Source: an uncultured Gammaproteobacteria bacterium (lineage in GTDB: Bacteria; Patescibacteriota; Patescibacteriia; SBBC01; CAIJZX01). Taken from it: a stretch of 64,000 bases of DNA. A program made the translations under genes and the position numbers. Each line of letters opens with the position of its first letter. Position 1 is the stretch's first letter. The notes beneath the pieces are model-generated. The model was not told the DNA's origin. It ran no database searches and was given only the letters and a program-made list of their open reading frames with translations. Where the stretch lies: NCBI GenBank assembly GCA_964397195.1, contig CAYNGY010000002.1, forward strand, positions 37,239 to 101,238, read 5' to 3'. Positions 27,115-37,131 of the stretch are shown piece by piece.

Positions 27115-27660
27115 ATGCACGAAGAACGTGAATCCAACGATTTGGAAATCTTGGCCGCCGCTCAGCGCGGTGACCAATCGGCCGTCCGCGCCCTCTATGA
27201 TCGGTATGCAACCTTCGTCTTTCATTGGGTTGCCCGGCGGGTCGATCGCCGTGAAGATGCCGAAGATTTAACCGCGGATATCATGTTACGCATGGTCGAG
27301 GCACTACCGACAGCAAAACCAACTGCTACCTTTAAGGCCTGGCTCTTCGGCATCGGTCGACATGTGCTGGCTGATTTTTGGCGAACGACGTATCGCTTGC
27401 CTGAAGCTGAGCTAATCCCGGAGCTACTCGGTGCCCCTGGCGATGAGCCCGATCCACAGGATGATGGGAGTCTGCGGGCAAAAGCGGAGGAAGTAATTGC
27501 ACAGTTGCCTGACCAGTATCGAGCGGTTCTCGAACACCGTTTTTTTCATCTCCATACCATAGCCGAGACAGCGACGGCGATGGCCACCTCAGAGGGGAAC
27601 GTCAAAGTTCTCCAGTATCGCGCTCTCAAAAAAGCCGCTGAATTAGCTGCACGCGTATGA
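27115..27660 (+). CDS. ECF-type RNA polymerase sigma-70 family factor
   Basis: 181 aa from the ATG at 27115. Region 2 LEILAAAQRGDQSAVRALYDRYATFVFHWVARRV...DLTADIMLRMV, and region 4 LPDQYRAVLEHRFFHLHTIAETATAMATSEGNVKVLQYRALKKA. The stop overlaps the next start (ATGA). Confidence 0.8.
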   Translation: MHEERESNDLEILAAAQRGDQSAVRALYDRYATFVFHWVARRVDRREDAEDLTADIMLRMVEALPTAKPTATFKAWLFGIGRHVLADFWRTTYRLPEAELIPELLGAPGDEPDPQDDGSLRAKAEEVIAQLPDQYRAVLEHRFFHLHTIAETATAMATSEGNVKVLQYRALKKAAELAARV

Positions 27661-30600
27661 GCAACCCACACGACCAGATTAACGATTACCTCGAATACAT
27701 CGCCGGTCGCCGTAAAAAGGCACCGTCTCTATCCGTCGAGGATCAGGATGTTCTGAGGGCGATGCATTTATTGCGCCATGCACGGCCACACACCGATCCC
27801 CGTCCAGAATTTATTTCCACCTTAGGACAGAAAGTTATGAGCCAACAGCCGCGGCCACAGACGTTATCGAAAAAACAAGTAGTTCATGCAGCACCAACGT
27901 GGTCGGTATCTTGGTGGTGGCTACGGTTAGCGCCAGTAATGGCGACGGCGGCGATTGTCTTGGCAATGGTACAGCTCCCGGCCGGGGTCAACGACTTCAA
28001 CTGGACGCTTTTCCGAAAGTCAGTGATTCAGGAAGCATCGGCGGCGACGATTACCTTGGTGGCGGCCGATACGACTGCCACGGGTATTTCGCCGACAACT
28101 GCTTTCGTGGTGACAGGCAAAGATGGGACGTTGACCGAAGAGATGGTCAGGAAGAATCTGGTGTTTTCGCCAACGATTGATGCCGAGATTCAGGCGGCGG
28201 GTGATAATACCTACCGACTCATCCCAAAGACCGCCCTCGATCAGTCGGTGGTGTATGCGGCGACGTATGCTGGACAAGCGAAGGCAACGGATGGGACGCT
28301 TCAGGCCCGAAATTATTCATGGGCCTTCCAAGTCCGCCGTGATTTTATTGTGATCGGGACGTACCCACGCGACGCCGCGACCTATGTTGAGATCACATCC
28401 GGGTTGGATATCACATTCTCGAGCGGAGGTGTCAGCGTTAAGGATTTTGAAAAAGCACTTTCCATAGTGCCGGCCACGCCCCATACGATTGAGATTCACG
28501 GCCGGACGATGTCGATTATACCGAAAAACCCGTTACAGGAGCGCACTATCTATACCGTGACGATTAAGGCCGGGCTCCACCCGGACAAAAGTACGATGTC
28601 GCTAGCTGATGATGTAGTGACGCGGTTCGAGACCGGCACGAAAGACGGGTCGGGAACGACAACAGCGTTTCATTCACGATCTGCATTTGAGACCGTCGCA
28701 CCAGGGGATTCGATTTACTTCTCCGACAGCGCTGTTCCGGGCGACGCGTCAAACGGAACAAAGGACTGGAAAACCAGTTACGAGTTTGCGATTTATTCAT
28801 TCCCGTCGCTCGAGACCTTCAAAAAAGCTATTGAAACGCGGTTAGAACATGCGTTCGGCTGGGCATCGTTCAATGAGATGCCATTAATGACGGTGACAGG
28901 ATTAAGTAAGGTGGCGACCGTGAAGACTGTTTCGCATGACGGCGTGATGAGCTTGCCAAAATCTTTTGCGCCGGGCGCATATGTGGCCGAGACAATGGTT
29001 GGCGGGGTGCGGACGCAAATGCCGTTCATCGTATCGGATATTAGTAACTACACCATGTCCACAGCCACCGATACGGTCGTGTGGGTCCATCACCTTTCCA
29101 CCAAAAAACCGGCGGTCGGCGCAACTATTACCTTGGCCGACAATACCACCGTTAAGACGGATCAAGAAGGATTGGCTCGTTTCCCAACGCCAAGCGCTCT
29201 CGGACAGTCTGGCGCACCAAATATGGTGGTTCGCATCGCCGTTGGAACAACTGAAACGCTCAGCGTTCTTGCGGCTTCAAACTCGGGCTCAATATACTAC
29301 GGCCGGAATTACACCAGCCTTGATAACTACTGGGCGTACCTGACAACCGATCGTAGCCTGTATCGTCCGACTGATACGGTTCACTTTTGGGGGTTACTAC
29401 AACCACGAGACACACGCGCAGCGGTCGAGAAGGTCAGCGCGCGCTTAGTGGTGACGAACTGGGATCGGGGTGGAGCGGAGACGGTGATGAAAGAGGTGCC
29501 CGTGACGTTAACCGCCGACCATACATTTATCGGCGAGATCCCGCTTCGTGAAGCTTCAGTTGGTTGGGGCAAGGAATTGCGGATCTATGTCGGCGAGCAA
29601 TGGGTCATGACCCGCTATCTTGATGTGCAGGTATTTCAGACCCCGGCGTATCAGCTGAGCGTCACATCAGACAAGCCGGCAGTCTTTGATAACGAGGAAG
29701 TGACCTGGACGGTTCGGGCCTCGTTCTTTGATGGTACGCCGGTCCCAAATCTCAAAGTAAAATTGACCACCAACGGTGAATATACACTGACGACAAATGC
29801 TGCCGGTATGGTCTCGAAGAAAGTTCGGTTGACCATGGCACAGGGCGGATCGGCATCAGCGGTTCCCGTGGATGACGCGACGAATAATATTCAGGGGTGG
29901 GGCTATGTGACGGTTTATCCGGCCGCGCGTTCCATTATCGCTACAAGCTCGACGACGGATTCGACGGTTAAAGTATCTGGAACCGTACGGACGGTAAACC
30001 CAACGAAAGTTGATATGGCCGCTAGCAATCCGTTCGCGGCAGTTGTAGGCGATCCGGTGGCGAACGCTACGGTTCACGTGCGCCTGATCAAAACAACCTA
30101 TACGGCGGTGAAAAACGGTCAGGTCTATGATTTCCTGACGAAACAAGTCGTGCCGAAGTATCAATATACTTCGAGTGAAGCCGATAGAGAGGCCTTAGAT
30201 GTGGTGACCGATGGTGACGGAAAGTTCCAATACACATTTACCGCTGAGGATTTGTCGGGCTATCGTGTTGAGTTAACAACTACGGATGAGGCTGGGCGGA
30301 CAGAGTCGCAAACGCTGTTCCCATGGTTTTCTTATCCGAGTGACGCCCCGGCATTTTCCCTGACAACTTTCCAGCCATTGAACACGCCGTGGAAAGTTGG
30401 TGATGCGGTGACGCTTTCGATTGTCGGAACAAAAAAACAGGAAGAGGCGCCGAAGCATCTCGCGTATCTCTACATGCTGAGCCAACGCGGACTGAAAACG
30501 GCCGACGTCAGCGCAAAATCAACGCTCGATCACATTTTTACTGAAGCTGATGTGCCGAATGTGAGCGCTCGCGCCGTTGTGTTCACGGGTACCGGATATA

Positions 30601-32765
30601 GTGAACTGAACGAGCAATTTTTCAACTTTGATTCAAGTACGCGGGCGTTAGCGGTGTCCCTCACGACCGATCAAAAGAGTTATGAACCAGGCGAGACGAT
30701 TACTGCACATGTGAAACTGCGTGATGCGGATGGTGCCGGGGTGGCCGGACGGGTGAATGTTCGTGCGGTCGATGAAGCCATTACGAATCTGCAGTACGAT
30801 TGGGGCAATGACACCCCGCTGACAAGCCTCTACCGAAACGTCTCAAGCGGTGAATACGGGAGCTATGTTAGCCATCAAGCGTTTGGCCGGAATGATGTGA
30901 TGGCCGAAGGTGGGGGTGGTGGCGATCGCATCGACTTTAAAGATGTCGCCCATTACTCCGAAGTACAAACTGATGCGGCTGGAAACGGCACGGTCACGTT
31001 CGTCGCGCCGGATAACATCACGTCATGGCGCATGGTCGCACAGGCTATTAGCCCTGATCGACGGGCTGGTACGGCCACGACCCTCGTGGCAGTCACCCGG
31101 CCAATCTTTGTTCGACCGGATGTCCCGACGGTGATCTTGGCTTCGGATGTCGTTGACGTTCAAGCAAGCGTCTTTGGCTCGGCGGTTACGTCTGGTGATA
31201 CGACCAATATTACCTTTTCCATTGTTGGGCAGACGGGGACGGAGAAAACCGTTCACGGAAAAGTGTTTACCCCTCTGCAGTATCGATTGCCGAAACTCCC
31301 GGTTGGTTCATACCAGGTGCGCATGTCCGCCTCGGCGAAAGGACATGTCGATTCGGTTGTCATGCCATATCGGGTGACGACGACGACCCTGACAACGGCG
31401 GTCACCAGTGTTGCTCTATTGGAGAAAAACGAGACACCGCTGTTGAGCACTTCAGATCGGACCGATATTGGGATTGGTCAGGCGGATCGGATGTTTGCGT
31501 ACGCCGCATTGGATCGTCTGCTCTGGAATTCCCAACTGCGTCTGGATGATGCAGTAGCGTCGAGTATGGCGGCGACGCTCCTCCGCGAACACTTTAAAAA
31601 AGATTACGGTACCTCGGTCTATGACCCGCTCACATTTTTAACGACGAGTGGTGTCGCGCTCTACCCGGTTGGGAGTAACGATCTTGAATATGGCTCGCTC
31701 GCGGCGACTGATACGGCGATGGCGGCATATCGTGGCCAGCTTGTGATATGGTTCCGATCGGCACTCGATAATCCGAAGACGAATACGGAGCAGGCCATCT
31801 ATGCGCTCTACGGGTTGGCACAGCTCCATGAGCCGGTCTTAGATCAAATCCATCAATATCTCGATCTCGAGGGGATTACCGATCAAGAACGTCTAACGTT
31901 AGCCTTGGCGCTTGAGACCTTGGGTGCCCGTGAAGAAGCGCGTCCGATTGCGACGTATCTCTGGGAAACGTATGGGAAGTCGGAGGCACCATACGCGTGG
32001 ATGACATTGGGTCGGAATGAAGAAGAGCGACGGGTTCAAACCGGGCGGTTCGCTATTTTAGCGGCGGGTTTACAACTTGATACTCGGTATGGCCTGTTGC
32101 AGTATATCGAGACCCACCAGCCACAAGACACGACGACCCATCTTGAAATGGCGCTGGTGGCACAACGGTTGCTGCGGGCGGCAGGCACATCGTCGGTATC
32201 GGTCACGTACCAATTGAATGGCGAAACGAAAACAGCGACTTTGGCACGGAATGAATCAATTGGGCTGTCTGTTGATAGTACTGAGGCGAAGACCTTCACG
32301 ATTACGCATCACACGGGTAACGTGGTTGCTGTCACGCATACGACACAGTCATTGAGCGCGGCGAATGCGACGGATCCAAAGCTATCGGTAACGAGACGCT
32401 ATAGCAAGGACGGTAAACCGACGACGTCTTTCACGCGTGGTGAGATTATTCGAGTCGATGTTTCGTGGTCGGCCAAGTCCGGGGCGCCGGGCACCTACTA
32501 CGGTGTGATCGACTCATTGCCTACGGGATTACGACCGTTGTCTAACCAGTATGTGTTCGGCGCGACCTACGACTCGCATCTCGTGTATCCGATGGCGATA
32601 GATTCGCGGCGGGTGCTGATTCGGTCAGGTGAGAAGAGTTTCCATTATTATGTACAGGCGGTATTGAGCGGAAACTATTCGGCCGAACCGGCGATGCTCC
32701 AGGCGCTTGACGCGCCCGGTAGTTATACGGTCAGTCCAGCCAGCCAAGGCATCACCATCAAATAG
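27657..32765 (+). CDS. giant membrane-anchored protein (1702 aa): anti-sigma-like N-terminus, one TM helix, huge ectodomain of beta-sandwich (Ig/MG-like) repeats plus an alpha/alpha-toroid-like region
   Basis: Cytoplasmic N-terminus (about 100 aa) then TM WWWLRLAPVMATAAIVLAMV. Very long T/S/V/G-rich repetitive beta-strand-like sequence. A helical region near 31.4-32.1 kb (YAALDRLLWNSQ..., YALYGLAQLHEPVLDQIHQYLDLEGITDQERLTLALALETLGAREEA) resembles alpha/alpha toroid repeats. It contains almost no Cys, so there is no CxEQ thioester. It is translationally coupled to the ECF sigma gene. Confidence 0.7.
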   Translation: MSNPHDQINDYLEYIAGRRKKAPSLSVEDQDVLRAMHLLRHARPHTDPRPEFISTLGQKVMSQQPRPQTLSKKQVVHAAPTWSVSWWWLRLAPVMATAAIVLAMVQLPAGVNDFNWTLFRKSVIQEASAATITLVAADTTATGISPTTAFVVTGKDGTLTEEMVRKNLVFSPTIDAEIQAAGDNTYRLIPKTALDQSVVYAATYAGQAKATDGTLQARNYSWAFQVRRDFIVIGTYPRDAATYVEITSGLDITFSSGGVSVKDFEKALSIVPATPHTIEIHGRTMSIIPKNPLQERTIYTVTIKAGLHPDKSTMSLADDVVTRFETGTKDGSGTTTAFHSRSAFETVAPGDSIYFSDSAVPGDASNGTKDWKTSYEFAIYSFPSLETFKKAIETRLEHAFGWASFNEMPLMTVTGLSKVATVKTVSHDGVMSLPKSFAPGAYVAETMVGGVRTQMPFIVSDISNYTMSTATDTVVWVHHLSTKKPAVGATITLADNTTVKTDQEGLARFPTPSALGQSGAPNMVVRIAVGTTETLSVLAASNSGSIYYGRNYTSLDNYWAYLTTDRSLYRPTDTVHFWGLLQPRDTRAAVEKVSARLVVTNWDRGGAETVMKEVPVTLTADHTFIGEIPLREASVGWGKELRIYVGEQWVMTRYLDVQVFQTPAYQLSVTSDKPAVFDNEEVTWTVRASFFDGTPVPNLKVKLTTNGEYTLTTNAAGMVSKKVRLTMAQGGSASAVPVDDATNNIQGWGYVTVYPAARSIIATSSTTDSTVKVSGTVRTVNPTKVDMAASNPFAAVVGDPVANATVHVRLIKTTYTAVKNGQVYDFLTKQVVPKYQYTSSEADREALDVVTDGDGKFQYTFTAEDLSGYRVELTTTDEAGRTESQTLFPWFSYPSDAPAFSLTTFQPLNTPWKVGDAVTLSIVGTKKQEEAPKHLAYLYMLSQRGLKTADVSAKSTLDHIFTEADVPNVSARAVVFTGTGYSELNEQFFNFDSSTRALAVSLTTDQKSYEPGETITAHVKLRDADGAGVAGRVNVRAVDEAITNLQYDWGNDTPLTSLYRNVSSGEYGSYVSHQAFGRNDVMAEGGGGGDRIDFKDVAHYSEVQTDAAGNGTVTFVAPDNITSWRMVAQAISPDRRAGTATTLVAVTRPIFVRPDVPTVILASDVVDVQASVFGSAVTSGDTTNITFSIVGQTGTEKTVHGKVFTPLQYRLPKLPVGSYQVRMSASAKGHVDSVVMPYRVTTTTLTTAVTSVALLEKNETPLLSTSDRTDIGIGQADRMFAYAALDRLLWNSQLRLDDAVASSMAATLLREHFKKDYGTSVYDPLTFLTTSGVALYPVGSNDLEYGSLAATDTAMAAYRGQLVIWFRSALDNPKTNTEQAIYALYGLAQLHEPVLDQIHQYLDLEGITDQERLTLALALETLGAREEARPIATYLWETYGKSEAPYAWMTLGRNEEERRVQTGRFAILAAGLQLDTRYGLLQYIETHQPQDTTTHLEMALVAQRLLRAAGTSSVSVTYQLNGETKTATLARNESIGLSVDSTEAKTFTITHHTGNVVAVTHTTQSLSAANATDPKLSVTRRYSKDGKPTTSFTRGEIIRVDVSWSAKSGAPGTYYGVIDSLPTGLRPLSNQYVFGATYDSHLVYPMAIDSRRVLIRSGEKSFHYYVQAVLSGNYSAEPAMLQALDAPGSYTVSPASQGITIK

Positions 32766-32766
32766 T

Positions 32767-33633
32767 ATGCGTCAATTTGCGGTCCTGAGTCTCGGACTGC
32801 TTGGGGCCGCCGCGCTGGTCGTGGCGGCCTGGTGGTTTACGTGGCCGTCCGTCAGCGAGACCCCGCTTCCAACACCGGTGGTGACTGCCGACGTGATGCG
32901 GGACGCTATGGCCGACGCACAGAAATACACGGTCACGCCGCTGGGCGCGGTCCGGGCACTGCTGGTACCCCATCATGCACTCGTGAGTCCGATTATGCTC
33001 GGGACGTTGCAGGGAATTGTGGCCGGGGCGACACCACGTCGGGTTATAATCCTGGGGCCCGATCATCAGGGACACGGCGTCGCTTCAATGACAACGACTA
33101 GTCGTGATTGGTCGACCGTGGCTGGCACGGTTCGATCAAACCGGGCTCTAGCTGAACAATTGATAACGGATGTGGGAGTGATGGAAGACGATGCGCTCGC
33201 GGCTCGAGAGCATGGCGTGTATGCCATGATTCCCTTTATTCATCAACGATGGCCGGCGGCGACGGTGGTCACGGTGGCGCTACAGTATACGACCTCAGAA
33301 TCGGACGTACAGCGCTTGGCGGATTGGATGGCGACGCATCTTGGTGACGGTGATTTAGTGGTGTGTAGCGTCGATTTTTCGCACTACAAGTCATCGTTGG
33401 AAGCTGATGCCGAGGATGTGTTATCGCTCGCGGCGATCACGAACATCGATACCACCGCGGCGTGGTCGGTGCCGGTAGATTCGCCACCAGCCTTAGCGGC
33501 CGTGCTTCGTTTTGCGCACCAGCGTAACCTGTCTTTTCAGTTGGCCACACATACGAATTCAGCGAAATACAGTGGGAACTTGGCCAGCACTTCAACCACG
33601 TCATATATTACGGGGTATTTCTATACACGGTAG
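32767..33633 (+). CDS. Memo-like protein (MEMO1 / AmmeMemoRadiSam system protein B family) with N-terminal signal anchor
   Basis: Start at ATG 32767, 1 nt after the giant gene stop. N-terminal hydrophobic LSLGLLGAAALVVAAWWF. Memo-family motifs LVPHHALV, ILGPDHQGHG, EHGVYAMIPFI and SVDFSHY. Confidence 0.65.
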   Translation: MRQFAVLSLGLLGAAALVVAAWWFTWPSVSETPLPTPVVTADVMRDAMADAQKYTVTPLGAVRALLVPHHALVSPIMLGTLQGIVAGATPRRVIILGPDHQGHGVASMTTTSRDWSTVAGTVRSNRALAEQLITDVGVMEDDALAAREHGVYAMIPFIHQRWPAATVVTVALQYTTSESDVQRLADWMATHLGDGDLVVCSVDFSHYKSSLEADAEDVLSLAAITNIDTTAAWSVPVDSPPALAAVLRFAHQRNLSFQLATHTNSAKYSGNLASTSTTSYITGYFYTR

Positions 33634-33659
33634 CCCGTCGGGCATGGTATACTTTTGGC

Positions 33660-35024
33660 ATGGATACCAGTATTTTTAAGAGCTACGATATTCGTGGAAT
33701 CTACCCCAATCAGTTAAACGAAGCGGATGCGTTTTGTATTGCTCGCGCGTACGCCGCGCTACGTCAACAAGAAGAGCCCGGGAAGCGGTTGACCATTGCG
33801 GTCGGCGGAGATATGCGGGTGTCAACACCAACCTTGAAGGCAGAGGTTATTCGTGGTCTCCAGACCGCTGGGGTTGACGTGGTCGACGTTGGACTGGTTT
33901 CGACGCCGACGTTTTATTTTGCCACAGCCTTTTATGGCTATGATGGCGGTATACAAGTTTCAGCGTCGCATAACCCTAAGGAATATAATGGATTGAAAAT
34001 GGTGCGGACCGCTGGCCGGCCGATCGGAAAAGGGACGGGGATGGATGCGTTACGTGATCTGGCTATGGCAGGCCGTTTCAACACGGCAGAAGTGCCCGGT
34101 ACGGTGACGAAGAATACTCAGGTGATGAGCGACCTCGTTCGCGAACAAACGAAAGATATTCCGTGTGATGAGATTCGACCATTCACGATTGTGGTTGATG
34201 CGGCGAATGCGATGGGGGCGATTGATGTTGAAGCGATGTTCGCGGGGCTACCTTGTCGCCTAATCAAACTCAACTTTACACTTGACGGAACATTTCCGGT
34301 TCATCAGCCGGATCCGCTTGAACCAAAAAATCTTTTGGTGTTACAAGAAGCGGTACGTGAACATCAGGCTGATCTCGGGATTGCGCCAGATGGCGACGGC
34401 GATCGCTATTTCTTTGTTGATGAGCATGGTGATGTGGTGCGACAGGAGATACTGCGAGGCATTATGGCCCAAGAGGCATTACGCGAGCATCCGGGAGCAA
34501 CGGTGTGTTACGACATCCGACCGGGTCGAATTACTCGCGATATGATCGAGGCGGTCGGCGGCCGGGCCGTAGTGGCGCCAGTCGGCCATTCGCTTATTAA
34601 AGCAAAAATGCTGTCCGAAGATGCGGTTTTCGGTGGTGAATCAAGCGGACACTTCTTTTACAAGTTCCCATTCGGTACTTTTGAAGCTCCGACCGCGTTT
34701 GTGCTCAAATTTTTGGTGTGGGTATCGCGACAGCAGAAACCACTGTCGACGGCGGTGGCACCGTATAAAATATATTCGCATTCTGGCGAAATTAACTCAA
34801 CGGTGGCGTCGGTACCGGCAGTCCTTGATCGTATTCGTGCTCAGTATGCAGATGGCGTCCTGACGGAGCTCGATGGGGTCACCATCGAGTACCCAGATTT
34901 CTGGTTTAATGTTCGTGGTTCGAATACGGAGCCGCTCATTCGCCTTAATCTTGAAGCGAAGACCGAGGAACTGATGACCAAAAAACGAGACGAGGTGCTC
35001 GCCTGTATTCGTTCCGACGCCTAG
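33660..35024 (+). CDS. phosphomannomutase/phosphoglucomutase (alpha-D-phosphohexomutase family)
   Basis: N-terminal IFKSYDIRGIYP, active-site Ser loop SASHNPKEYNGLK, and metal-binding loop APDGDGDR. Confidence 0.85.
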   Translation: MDTSIFKSYDIRGIYPNQLNEADAFCIARAYAALRQQEEPGKRLTIAVGGDMRVSTPTLKAEVIRGLQTAGVDVVDVGLVSTPTFYFATAFYGYDGGIQVSASHNPKEYNGLKMVRTAGRPIGKGTGMDALRDLAMAGRFNTAEVPGTVTKNTQVMSDLVREQTKDIPCDEIRPFTIVVDAANAMGAIDVEAMFAGLPCRLIKLNFTLDGTFPVHQPDPLEPKNLLVLQEAVREHQADLGIAPDGDGDRYFFVDEHGDVVRQEILRGIMAQEALREHPGATVCYDIRPGRITRDMIEAVGGRAVVAPVGHSLIKAKMLSEDAVFGGESSGHFFYKFPFGTFEAPTAFVLKFLVWVSRQQKPLSTAVAPYKIYSHSGEINSTVASVPAVLDRIRAQYADGVLTELDGVTIEYPDFWFNVRGSNTEPLIRLNLEAKTEELMTKKRDEVLACIRSDA

Positions 35025-35026
35025 TG

Positions 35027-35878
35027 TTACTTCACGTCGATATGTAATGCGACATTGAGGGCGCTCGCCACGCGGCGGGGGACTTCAATTGGAGCGAAAT
35101 GTCCGGCGTTCGGGAGCCAGCTGAGCCGACAGTCAGGAATAAGTGTGGCTAAGCGCTCGACCTCGCGGACGGGCGTCATTTGATCTCGTCGACCGCCGAG
35201 CAGATTCGTGGGAATGCTAATGCGGCGGGCGAAGCTATAAAAATCGACATCGTAGTAGGATCGAAAGACTTCGACGGCGACACGGTCATTCACGTAGGCG
35301 AGGTTTGATTGTTCGTGCGCCAAGACGCGTCGGGTGACGGCTGGATCGCGAGAGACGGTCATCAGGCGCGTTTTGACGCGGTTGAGCAGCGGGTTACTCA
35401 TCCAGGTTTCGCGGAGCTGTTTGGGGAGTTGGGCGCCGACGCGATAATATGTTTCTCCGAGTCGACTGGTGACGGTGGCGGCACAAAACACCGGTTCGAG
35501 AAGAATAAGCCGGGCGAGCGTGGTTGGTTGCTGGGCGGCATAGTAGAGCGCGAGCGACCCGCCGAATGAGTGCCCGGCCAAAATAACTGGCTTGGCGCTG
35601 AGTTCCGCTAGGTAGGCGTTAAGGAACTTGGTGTAACTGCGAAAGGTATGGGCGCCGAGAAAGGGCTCGGACTGACCCCAGCCGGGAAGGTCGGGCAAGA
35701 CGATTCGAAACCCTTCAATCTGATCGGCAACTTCGAGCAACCCACGATGATCGCCACCGAAGCCGTGCAAAAAAACGAGGGTTTGTTTGCCGTTTCCACA
35801 AACCCATGATCGGACACGACGGCCGTCGATACTCGATTCATCGAGTCGCCACGACGGCGCGGGGCGGTGCGGTGCCAT
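35027..35878 (-). CDS. alpha/beta-fold hydrolase
   Basis: Nucleophile elbow LAGHSFGGSLAL (GxSxG), an oxyanion region (LVFLHGFGGD) and a C-terminal His (PNAGHFAPIE). Start taken at the ATG 4 nt downstream of the trpS stop, not at the longer track ORF start. Confidence 0.75.
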   Translation of the reverse strand: MAPHRPAPSWRLDESSIDGRRVRSWVCGNGKQTLVFLHGFGGDHRGLLEVADQIEGFRIVLPDLPGWGQSEPFLGAHTFRSYTKFLNAYLAELSAKPVILAGHSFGGSLALYYAAQQPTTLARLILLEPVFCAATVTSRLGETYYRVGAQLPKQLRETWMSNPLLNRVKTRLMTVSRDPAVTRRVLAHEQSNLAYVNDRVAVEVFRSYYDVDFYSFARRISIPTNLLGGRRDQMTPVREVERLATLIPDCRLSWLPNAGHFAPIEVPRRVASALNVALHIDVK

Positions 35879-35882
35879 GCGC

Positions 35883-36929
35883 TTAGCGCAAGCCCATTTT
35901 CTGCTGGACTTCGAGGAGTGTTTCTTCCGCGACGACAGATGCACGCTTGGCGCCATCAATCATGATTGCCTCAATATCCTGCGGCTTCTGCGCGAGCATG
36001 GCGCGGCGTTCACGGAACGGCGCGAAGTGCGCGGCAATAATATCGGCGAGGGCCGCCTTAAACTCCGAGAATTTTAATTCGCCTGACTCGGCGATGCCTG
36101 CCCAGTGCTTGGTCTCGGCCGGTTTCCCGAGGGCGAGGAGAATCGTGAACAGGTTCCGAACGCCGTGAAATTGCTTGGCCAGATTTGGATCACCTTGCCA
36201 GTCGACCTCAGTGGCCTTGATGCCGGTGTTGGCGGCGTTCCACGCTTCGCGAATAACGCGTGGCTCCCCGGACGAGACGGCTTTTTGTAGTTTGGCGGTG
36301 ATGACCTCCGGTTCATCGGTCAGGAGAATTCCGCTTGGACCCGACTTCGACATTTTTTCCTCGGGGTTGGTGAGGGACATGATTCGCTTGCCGCTGACTA
36401 GCAGAGGCTGTGGTTCGGGGAATGTTTGGTCGAACGTTCGATTGAACTTCTTGGCGAGGTCTCGTGCGAGTTCAACATGTTGCACCTGATCTTCGCCGAC
36501 CGGGACGCGGTCTGTTTTGTAGGCGAGAATGTCCGCCGCCATCAGGATCGGGTAGTTCATGATCCCGGCGTTCTGAAAATCCTTGTGGGACTCAGACTTT
36601 TCTTTGAACTGGACCATGCGTTGAAGTTCGCCGACGGGGGTGATGGTGTTGAGGAGCCACATCAGTTGACTGTGGGCTGGGACCATTGATTGGACGAACA
36701 GGACCGCTTTTTGCGGATCGAGCCCGGCGGCAAGGTAATCAAGGATGACGCCGCGGACCTGTTCTTGCAGTTGGGCGGCGACGTATGGAGTAGTAATTGC
36801 ATGGAGGTCGGCGACCATGAAAAACGCCTCGTGCTTTTCTTGAAGCTTAATCCATTGGTGCACGGCACCGAGATAATTCCCGAGGTGAAGCTGTCCGGAA
36901 GGGCGGATACCCGAAAGAATGCGTGACAT
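35883..36929 (-). CDS. trpS: tryptophanyl-tRNA synthetase
   Basis: Starts MSRILSGIRPSGQLHLGNYLGAV (HIGH-class motif) and has KMSKSGPSG. The length of about 348 aa is typical. The track ORF start is trimmed to this ATG. Confidence 0.9.
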   Translation of the reverse strand: MSRILSGIRPSGQLHLGNYLGAVHQWIKLQEKHEAFFMVADLHAITTPYVAAQLQEQVRGVILDYLAAGLDPQKAVLFVQSMVPAHSQLMWLLNTITPVGELQRMVQFKEKSESHKDFQNAGIMNYPILMAADILAYKTDRVPVGEDQVQHVELARDLAKKFNRTFDQTFPEPQPLLVSGKRIMSLTNPEEKMSKSGPSGILLTDEPEVITAKLQKAVSSGEPRVIREAWNAANTGIKATEVDWQGDPNLAKQFHGVRNLFTILLALGKPAETKHWAGIAESGELKFSEFKAALADIIAAHFAPFRERRAMLAQKPQDIEAIMIDGAKRASVVAEETLLEVQQKMGLR

Positions 36930-37131
36930 AATGGGCCTAGTGTAGCAGATTCTCAGGTTTTGGCGAGGGGCGTGTCCTTGACGGTGTTGGAGTGGCAGGA
37001 TAGAACTTGCTTCGTCTCTTCCTATATCTGTCTCGGACTTTGGGAGGGCATCATCGACTCGGTGTTTTCTATATGAAAACGCGCCCCGGGATATCCAGTC
37101 CCAGAGCGCGGGGTTGTCGGTGCGATGCGTA

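Noticed and set aside
27089-27271. 60-aa ORF with an excellent SD (AGGAGG-N8-ATG) just upstream of the ECF sigma gene, in a different frame
   Set aside because: The product (MPGGRKLTPCTKNVNPTIWKSW...) is not protein-like and overlaps the sigma reading frame. The sigma N-terminus aligns properly only from ATG 27115. The strong SD is noted as an oddity, possibly an upstream ORF affecting sigma translation, but it is not called as a gene.
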